Assembly: GCA_016190255.1 (NCBI GenBank)
Contig: JACPQX010000037.1
Span: forward strand, 1-43,005
Source: Candidatus Methylomirabilis oxygeniifera
GTDB taxonomy: Bacteria; Methylomirabilota; Methylomirabilia; Methylomirabilales; Methylomirabilaceae
DNA length: 43,005 bases
Reading direction: 5' to 3'
Below are positions 35,993-43,005 of this stretch, in pieces. Positions within the stretch are counted from its first letter, which is position 1, and each line of letters begins with the position of its first letter. The notes under the pieces are model-generated. The model searched no databases. It was given only the letters and a program-made list of their open reading frames with translations, and was not told the DNA's origin. The position numbers and the translations under genes were made by a program.

Positions 35993-37389
35993 AGCGATAC
36001 AGCCAGTTCCTCGAGAGCCTCATGCTGATTGCTGATCTCCTGGCGATCAGCGCGAGCTGGATCGCGGCGTACTATCTCCGCTTCTACTGGGGCCCGGTCC
36101 CCGTCTACCGGGGCATCCCGCGGATACATCCATATCTCATCTTACTGGGTCTTATCGTCATCATCTGGGGTGTGGCCTTCAAGGCATTTGGACTCTACCG
36201 TCCTCGTCGGATTTCCTCGCGCCTCGCGGAGGTAAGGGATATCGCCCAGGCATGCAGCTTGGCTGTCCTGATACTCGTCGCGCTGACCTTCTTCCTCAAA
36301 CAGTTCGAGTTTTCGAGATTGGTGATCCTCTATTTCTGGGTCTTCAGCATTCTGTCGGTCAGCTTGGTCCGAGCTTCTTTTCGCGAGATCCTTCGCCTGA
36401 TGAGGCGGAAAGGGTACAACCTTCGCCATGTCCTGCTCATCGGCGAAGGGGCCTTGAGTCAAAGGGTGGTGAACAGGATTCACGCCCGTCCAGACATGGG
36501 CCTCCGCATCGTTGGGCTTCTGGCCGGAGATCCGAAGATGGTCGGTGAGACGGTGGGGGACCTCCGCATCCTGGGCACGTACGAGCAGGCAGGGGAGCTC
36601 GTCGAGGAATTGTCGATCGATAAGGTCTTTATCGCAATCCCGCTCGAGGCGTATGGTCGGTTGGAGGGGATCCTCCGGAGCCTTGAGGAGGGATTCGTGG
36701 ATATCAAGGTGGTCCCCGATCTCTACCAGTACGTGACCCTTCGCGGAGGGGTGGAGGAGTTTGATGGCCTTCCGCTCGTGAACCTTCAGGACTCTCCCCT
36801 CTACGGTTGGAACCTTGTCGCCAAGCGGATCATGGATATCGTGCTGTCGAGCGTCGCCCTCCTGATCACCGCGCCGGTGCAACTGCTGCTTGCGGCCATC
36901 GTCAAGCTGACGTCGCCGGGCCCCATTCTTTACCGACAGGAGCGGATGGGCCTGGACGGCAGGACCTTCCGGATGCTGAAGTTCCGATCCATGATAGACG
37001 ACGCCGAAGATGACGGTGGGGCGGTCTGGGCGACCCGGGATGACCCGCGCAGAACGTCGATCGGCGCCTTGCTCCGCCGGACCTCGCTGGACGAGATGCC
37101 TCAACTATTCAATGTTCTCAAGGGCGAGATGAGCCTGGTGGGTCCCCGCCCGGAACGGCCGGTCTTCATAGAGGAGTTTCGAAAGCGGATCCCCAGGTAT
37201 ATGCTGCGGCACAAGGTGAAGGCAGGAATGACCGGGTGGGCCCAGGTGAACGGATGGAGAGGCGATACCTCTCTCGAGAGGCGGATCGAGTGCGATCTGT
37301 ACTACATCGAGCATTGGTCTCCGCTCTTCGATCTGAAGATCCTCTGGCTCAGCCTCTGGAAGGGATTTCTCCACAAAAACGCCATCTAA
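35986..37389 (+). CDS. Undecaprenyl-phosphate glucose phosphotransferase (WcaJ-like initiating transferase)
   Basis: 4 N-terminal TMs, KRIMDIVLS, MLKFRSM, RRTSLDEMPQLFNVLKGEMSLVGPRPERP, GMTGWAQVNGWRG. Confidence 0.93.
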   Translation: MLKRYSQFLESLMLIADLLAISASWIAAYYLRFYWGPVPVYRGIPRIHPYLILLGLIVIIWGVAFKAFGLYRPRRISSRLAEVRDIAQACSLAVLILVALTFFLKQFEFSRLVILYFWVFSILSVSLVRASFREILRLMRRKGYNLRHVLLIGEGALSQRVVNRIHARPDMGLRIVGLLAGDPKMVGETVGDLRILGTYEQAGELVEELSIDKVFIAIPLEAYGRLEGILRSLEEGFVDIKVVPDLYQYVTLRGGVEEFDGLPLVNLQDSPLYGWNLVAKRIMDIVLSSVALLITAPVQLLLAAIVKLTSPGPILYRQERMGLDGRTFRMLKFRSMIDDAEDDGGAVWATRDDPRRTSIGALLRRTSLDEMPQLFNVLKGEMSLVGPRPERPVFIEEFRKRIPRYMLRHKVKAGMTGWAQVNGWRGDTSLERRIECDLYYIEHWSPLFDLKILWLSLWKGFLHKNAI

Positions 37390-37393
37390 CGGC

Positions 37394-37473
37394 AGTTCCG
37401 AGTTCCAAGTGCCAAGTTCCACGTTGAATAATCTCTTTAACCCGGAACCCGGAACCCGGAACTTGGAACCGCG
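37394..37473. repeat. Inverted heptamer arrays (AGTTCCR)n ... (AACYYGG)n
   Basis: agttccg agttcca agtgcca agttcca ... aacccgg x3 aacttgg aaccgcg. Confidence 0.85.
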
Positions 37474-37491
37474 AAGCGGACCGAGCGACGA

Positions 37492-38442
37492 ATGAAGATC
37501 TTGGTAACTGGAGGGGCTGGATTCATCGGGTCGCACGTCGTGGACGCATTGGTGCGGGAGGGGCACGAGGTGGTCGTGGTGGACGACCTATCAATGGGCC
37601 GGCGGGCACAGGTCCACCCCGCGGCCCGTTTCCGCCTGGCGGACATTCGCCGTCGGGACGCCATGGAAGAGATCTTTCGCGCCGAACGCCCGGACGTGGT
37701 CAACCACCACGCGGCCCAGGGCAACCTGAGGCGGTCGATGACCGAACCGTCGTTCGATGCGTCTGTGAATATCGTTGGTTCGCTGATTCTGATCGAGCTC
37801 TCCCTGGTGTACGAGGTCAAGAGGTTCGTCTACATTTCGTCGGGTGGGGCGGTGTACGGCGAGCCGCAGCGTGTACCGGTTGACGAGGACCATCCGATTC
37901 GCCCGATCTCGGCCTACGGGGTGAGTAAATACAGTGTGGAGCGGTACCTGGATTTGTACCGTTCTGAGTCGGGGCTGAATTACACGATCCTGCGGTATGC
38001 GAACGTGTATGGCCCACGACAGAATCCCCGCGGCGAGGCCGGCGTCGTGGCGATCTTCAGCCGGCAGATGCTCGCCGGCGAGCGCCCGACGATTTTTGGA
38101 GACGGCACGAAGACGAGGGATTACGTCCACGTGGACGACATCACCCGCGCCAACCTCCTTGCGATTGCAGAAGAGAGAGCGGCCGGTCGGGTATACAACC
38201 TGGGTCTCGGGAATGAGGTGAGCGATCGGCAGATCTTTGAGCTGGTGCGATCCTCGGTGGGTGTCGCCATGGAGCCGATTCTGGCGGCCAAACGCCCGGG
38301 TGAGATCGACCGGATCTGCCTGGACCCCTCTCGCGCCAAGGCCGAGTTGAGTTGGGAGCCGAGCATCCCGATGGAGGAAGGGATCGGCCGCACCGTGGCG
38401 TTCTATCGGCGCGAGGGAGGTCAGGCTCGTACGGGACAGTGA
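37492..38442 (+). CDS. NAD-dependent epimerase (UDP-glucose 4-epimerase-like)
   Basis: MKILVTGGAGFIGSH, ISSGGAVYG, YGVSK, LRYANVYGPRQ, GDGTKTRDYVHV. Confidence 0.9.
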   Translation: MKILVTGGAGFIGSHVVDALVREGHEVVVVDDLSMGRRAQVHPAARFRLADIRRRDAMEEIFRAERPDVVNHHAAQGNLRRSMTEPSFDASVNIVGSLILIELSLVYEVKRFVYISSGGAVYGEPQRVPVDEDHPIRPISAYGVSKYSVERYLDLYRSESGLNYTILRYANVYGPRQNPRGEAGVVAIFSRQMLAGERPTIFGDGTKTRDYVHVDDITRANLLAIAEERAAGRVYNLGLGNEVSDRQIFELVRSSVGVAMEPILAAKRPGEIDRICLDPSRAKAELSWEPSIPMEEGIGRTVAFYRREGGQARTGQ

Positions 38443-38575
38443 TCATTATGTTGCCGCACCGCGGGTGGAGGCGGCCGGGCGGTTCGAAGGGAGACTTGCT
38501 GAAAAGGGCCCGGCCCGCGCGGAGTGGACATGAGCGATGTAACGCCAAGGGCACTCAAGTCAGAAAGGAATCGGC

Positions 38576-40330
38576 ATGCTGCCGCACCGCTCTGCCGGGC
38601 CTGATGGACGTCTGGGCCATTCCCTGTCGCTCTCCTGGATCCTCCTGCTGGCTGTGGCGCTCCGCGCTCTCGCATGGCTCCGGATCGATCCGGTGGCCTT
38701 CGACAGCGCCGTCTACTTCGAGATGGCCGACCTCATCGGGGCCGGCAAGTGGCCCGAGGCCCTGGCGTATCCCTATCCCCCGATGTACCCTGTGCTCGTC
38801 GCGGCCGTCCAGGGGATCGGGGTCAGCGCTGAGAGCGCCGGCTTGTTCATCGCCCTGGTCGCGGATCTCCTGGTGCTTTTTCCGCTGGTCGCGCTGACCC
38901 GCGTGGCGGCCGGGGGCGCCGCCGCATGGGGGGCTGCGTTCCTCTGGGCCATCCACCCATTGGCGATTCGACTCGGGGTCCAGGCGCTCACTGACGCCCC
39001 GACTGCCCTCCTCGTCGCTAGTGCCCTGTGGGCGGGCCTGCGTGGACTGGATGAGTGGCGCCCCGGGTGGGTCGTCGGGGCCGGTGTTGCCGGTGGACTA
39101 GCCTACCTGCTTCGGCCGGAGGGGATCGAGCCGGTTCTGGTCCTCGCCGCCCTCTCTGTTCGGAGGGACGACGCGGCGGGACGCCGAGGTGAAGAGGTCT
39201 CCTTGCCCCTCTCGGTGCGTCACGCTCATCGATCAGCCCTGGGCAAAAGGGTGCTGCGCAAGGTGGCATGGGTGGTGGCCCCGCTCGCCGGCTGGGCGCT
39301 CGTCGCCTCTCCGTACGTCGCGTACATCAGTCTGGAGGCCGGTGCACTGACCTTGTCGAAGAAGAAGAGCGTGACGGGCTTCTTGCCGTCGCTTACGTCG
39401 CTGTCGAGGGACCCTGGAGAATGGAATGAGGGCAGTCGGTCGGGCGCTGTGATGGGGAGGTTTGTGGTAGGGGAGAAGCGGGGCCCTGCGGACTTCGGGA
39501 AGAGAGGGATCCAGGCGGAACCGATCCCCCGGGATGCCCTCAGATCGGCGACGGCGGAGAAGGCCGTGGTCCAGCTCGCCGGGGTGGGCCAGGCGCCGCG
39601 CTGGCCCTGGATGCGTTCGATGGCCACGAAGATCTACCGCTTCCAAAAACCTCTTGTCAATGGGATACATCCGTTGATTCTCATTCTCGGGATCGTAGGG
39701 GCGTGGAGGGTCCGCTCCGAGAGGGGGGCAGGAAGCCGCCGAGCGCGGGTGGTCCTGGCCGGGCTCCTGGCCCTGCACCTCGGCGTCCTGATCGGGCTGG
39801 CGGCTCAGCAGGGAGCATCCTACCTGGGCGGCCACCACTTCTTCTTGATGACCCTCTATGCGATGCCCTTCGCAGGAGCCGGTTTGGCCTGGAGCCTGAC
39901 GTGGGCAGGAGATCGCTTTCAAGCCCCCCGCTGGCTTCCGGCCATCGCGCTTGCCCTCCTCGTTGCCGTCAGCGCCCTCTGGTTGGCCACCCGCCGCGCC
40001 GACCGGGGGGTGACAGTGAGGCCAGCGGCTGCTTGGATACGGGCTCAGGTGGTTGGCACCCCGGTGGTGGTGACGCACATCGCCAAGCTGACGTACCATG
40101 CGAGGGCGGAACGGGTCGATATGGGGGGCCCGTATGACGACATTCTCCACCGTGGTCGAGAGCGGTCCGCCCATTTCGTCGTCTTCTATCCGGACCTGCT
40201 CCCTCAAGCCTCGCATGACTTCCTGAAGCGACTCAGCTCCGCCGACCTGGAGCTCGCAAAGGTTTTCCCCGAGCCATCGCCTTCAGCCCCTGACCAGCGC
40301 CTTGAGGTGTATCGCCTTCGCCCCAGGTAA
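38576..40330 (+). CDS. GT39/ArnT-like polytopic GT-C glycosyltransferase
   Basis: FDSAVYFEMA, YPPMYP, HPLAI....ALTD, LAYLLRPEG; many TM helices. Confidence 0.8.
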   Translation: MLPHRSAGPDGRLGHSLSLSWILLLAVALRALAWLRIDPVAFDSAVYFEMADLIGAGKWPEALAYPYPPMYPVLVAAVQGIGVSAESAGLFIALVADLLVLFPLVALTRVAAGGAAAWGAAFLWAIHPLAIRLGVQALTDAPTALLVASALWAGLRGLDEWRPGWVVGAGVAGGLAYLLRPEGIEPVLVLAALSVRRDDAAGRRGEEVSLPLSVRHAHRSALGKRVLRKVAWVVAPLAGWALVASPYVAYISLEAGALTLSKKKSVTGFLPSLTSLSRDPGEWNEGSRSGAVMGRFVVGEKRGPADFGKRGIQAEPIPRDALRSATAEKAVVQLAGVGQAPRWPWMRSMATKIYRFQKPLVNGIHPLILILGIVGAWRVRSERGAGSRRARVVLAGLLALHLGVLIGLAAQQGASYLGGHHFFLMTLYAMPFAGAGLAWSLTWAGDRFQAPRWLPAIALALLVAVSALWLATRRADRGVTVRPAAAWIRAQVVGTPVVVTHIAKLTYHARAERVDMGGPYDDILHRGRERSAHFVVFYPDLLPQASHDFLKRLSSADLELAKVFPEPSPSAPDQRLEVYRLRPR

Positions 40331-41062
40331 TGGTGCGACAACATGTGCAACGCAAGCTGCGTAATATTCGGGGCCACGAGCCTTGCGAGAGAGGAAGTTG
40401 AAGGGAAAAAGATCATCGAGGTTGGCTCCTGTGATGTGAATGGTAGTCTTCGTCCCATTATTGAATCATGGAAACCATCTACATATATCGGAGTGGATAT
40501 CCAAGAGGGGCCGGGTGTTGATGTCATCTGCCGCGTTGAAGCTATCGTCGAGACATTCGGGAAGGAAAGCTTTGATATTGTCATTTCTACTGAACTACTG
40601 GAGCACGTAAGAGAGTGGAGGACAGTCATTTCAAACATCAAGCGTATCTGTACGGGCAACGGGATATTCGTCATTACCACGCGATCGCGCGGTTTTCATT
40701 ATCACGGGTATCCCGATGATTTTTGGAGATATGAGCTTGCAGATATCGAATACATCTTTTCCGACTGCATGATCGAAAAGTTAGAAAAGGATAGGCTGGC
40801 TCCTGGGGTCTTTATGAAAGCAAGAAAACCGAAGGACTTTGTTGAGAAGGATTTGGCTGATTATGCCCTGCATTCAGTTATTCTGGATAGACACGTGCGA
40901 AAAATAGACGATGAAAGCCTTCGACATTTTCAGAGAAAGTACCGGAGGCGCCAATTCTTTAAGCTGCTTGGAAAGAGGATGAGGGGAGTCATCTCCAGGA
41001 GGGGCACGACGGTAAGGGAGGAGAAGACGTAGAGCCCCTGACCACCGCCTTGAGGCGTATCG
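40285..41062. repeat. 30-bp direct repeats (40285-40314, 41033-41062) bracketing a low-GC gene
   Basis: agcccctgaccagcgccttgaggtgtatcg versus agcccctgaccaccgccttgaggcgtatcg, 28/30 identical. Confidence 0.85.
40343..41032 (+). CDS. Class I SAM-dependent methyltransferase, low GC
   Basis: IIEVGSCDVNGSLR, YIGVD..GPGVDV, FDIVISTELLEH, YHGYPDDFWRY. 23/60 G+C counted at 40441-40500. Confidence 0.88.
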   Translation: MCNASCVIFGATSLAREEVEGKKIIEVGSCDVNGSLRPIIESWKPSTYIGVDIQEGPGVDVICRVEAIVETFGKESFDIVISTELLEHVREWRTVISNIKRICTGNGIFVITTRSRGFHYHGYPDDFWRYELADIEYIFSDCMIEKLEKDRLAPGVFMKARKPKDFVEKDLADYALHSVILDRHVRKIDDESLRHFQRKYRRRQFFKLLGKRMRGVISRRGTTVREEKT

Positions 41063-41170
41063 TTTGCGGCTGCGCCTGCCCGTTCCGCGGCTCATCCCCC
41101 TGGGAGACAACGAACGTGTGGAGGAGCCAAGCGCGACGAGACACCACCTGCACCAGAACAGAGAAAGCCA

Positions 41171-41199
41171 TTGAATTTTCCCGAAACTTGAGGTAGCCT
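41171..41199 (+). promoter_or_regulatory. Possible promoter for hldA-pyrG
   Basis: TTGAAT, 17 nt, TAGCCT. Confidence 0.4.
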
Positions 41200-41215
41200 G
41201 GCTTCATTCGCGTAA

Positions 41216-42211
41216 TTGGTCGAGGCCGTTCCGCCGAGAGGTGCGCCAATCCGATACAAGGAGATAGTGACCCGCTTTCCCGACCGCCGGCTCTTTGTCC
41301 TTGGCGATATTATGGTGGACGAGTATCTCTGGGGGAACGTTACGAGGATCTCTCCGGAGGCGCCGGTCCCGGTGGTCGAGGTGAGGGCCGAGAGCGTTCG
41401 ACTGGGAGGCGCGGCCAACGTCGCAGCCAATATATGCTCCCTGGGAGGGAAGGCGACCTTGGTGGGAGTGGTCGGCAACGACCCTCCCGCAGAGCGACTG
41501 ATCGATCAGCTCGAGGCCGCCGGAATCAAGAGCGATGGGGTGTTGGTTGATCGCACCCGCCCGACGACCATCAAGACTCGGGTGGTGGCCGGAAGCCAGC
41601 AGATCGTTCGGTTCGACCGGGAGAGCGCGGTGGACCTGTCGAAGGAGGCGAGGGAGCGGCTGCTGGAACTCGCCGTGGAACGTCTTTGCGATGCTGATGC
41701 CGTGCTGATCTCCGACTATGCCAAAGGGGTCATCAGCGAAGGGGTGGTCCGAAGGATACTTGCTCTGGCCCGGCGGCGCAAGAAGATCGTCGTGGTGGAT
41801 CCCAAGGTGCATCACATGGCCCTGTACAAGGGGGCCACGGTGGTGACTCCCAACCATCACGAGGCGGCCGCCTTCGCACGTGTCCCACTGAGTGATGAGC
41901 AGCGCCTGCTCGAGGTGGGGAGCACGTTGCAGCAGAAGCTCGCGGTGAGCGCCGTGTTGGTGACCCGAGGAGAGCAAGGGATGTCGCTCTTTGAGGATGG
42001 GCGGGTCACCCACATCCCGACCGCAGCGAAGGAGGTGTACGACGTGACCGGCGCCGGGGATACCGTCATCTCTGCGCTTGGCCTGGCCCTGGCATCGGGC
42101 GCCACGCTAAGGGAAGCGGCTGTTATCGCCAACCATGCGGCTGGCGTCGTGGTGGGGAAGGTCGGGACGGCCACCGTCAGCCGTCAGGAGTTGCTGGACG
42201 CATTCAAGTAG
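41216..42211 (+). CDS. rfaE1: D-glycero-beta-D-manno-heptose-7-phosphate kinase (RfaE domain I/HldA)
   Basis: GDIMVDEYLWG.VTRISPEAPVPV, GGAANVA, ISDYAKG, VDPK, TPNHHEA, VYDVTGAGDTV. Start uncertain. Confidence 0.95.
   Translation: MVEAVPPRGAPIRYKEIVTRFPDRRLFVLGDIMVDEYLWGNVTRISPEAPVPVVEVRAESVRLGGAANVAANICSLGGKATLVGVVGNDPPAERLIDQLEAAGIKSDGVLVDRTRPTTIKTRVVAGSQQIVRFDRESAVDLSKEARERLLELAVERLCDADAVLISDYAKGVISEGVVRRILALARRRKKIVVVDPKVHHMALYKGATVVTPNHHEAAAFARVPLSDEQRLLEVGSTLQQKLAVSAVLVTRGEQGMSLFEDGRVTHIPTAAKEVYDVTGAGDTVISALGLALASGATLREAAVIANHAAGVVVGKVGTATVSRQELLDAFK

Positions 42212-43005
<794 letters not shown>

Overview
High-GC diderm bacterial window (lineage cannot be fixed from sequence alone). 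Almost all of it is one large cell-surface glycan biosynthesis and modification region ending at hldA/rfaE1 and a truncated pyrG. It encodes Wzm/Wzt ABC export, a Wzx-type flippase, a WcaJ-type initiating transferase, about 10 GT2/GT4 enzymes, 4 polytopic GT-C enzymes, 3 SAM methyltransferases, a GNAT, a PIG-L deacetylase, RfbD, 2 epimerases and a nucleotide-sugar dehydrogenase. The unusual content is small-scale repeat biology. (1) A 24-bp unit (GCCTGTCCTGAGC-NNN-GTCGAAGG) is nested inside copies of itself at 16535-16714 and has added exactly 16 codons in frame to a glycosyltransferase relative to its in-window paralog. (2) A DUF559 nuclease gene is bracketed by a duplicated palindromic doublet whose empty copies sit at other gene junctions. 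(3) GTAG-type REP hairpins and inverted heptamer arrays occur, two of them translated inside genes. (4) A low-GC methyltransferase is flanked by a 30-bp direct repeat that duplicates the 3' end of the upstream gene. No CRISPR, tRNA, rRNA or transposase was seen. All product calls come from reading motifs, not database searches.
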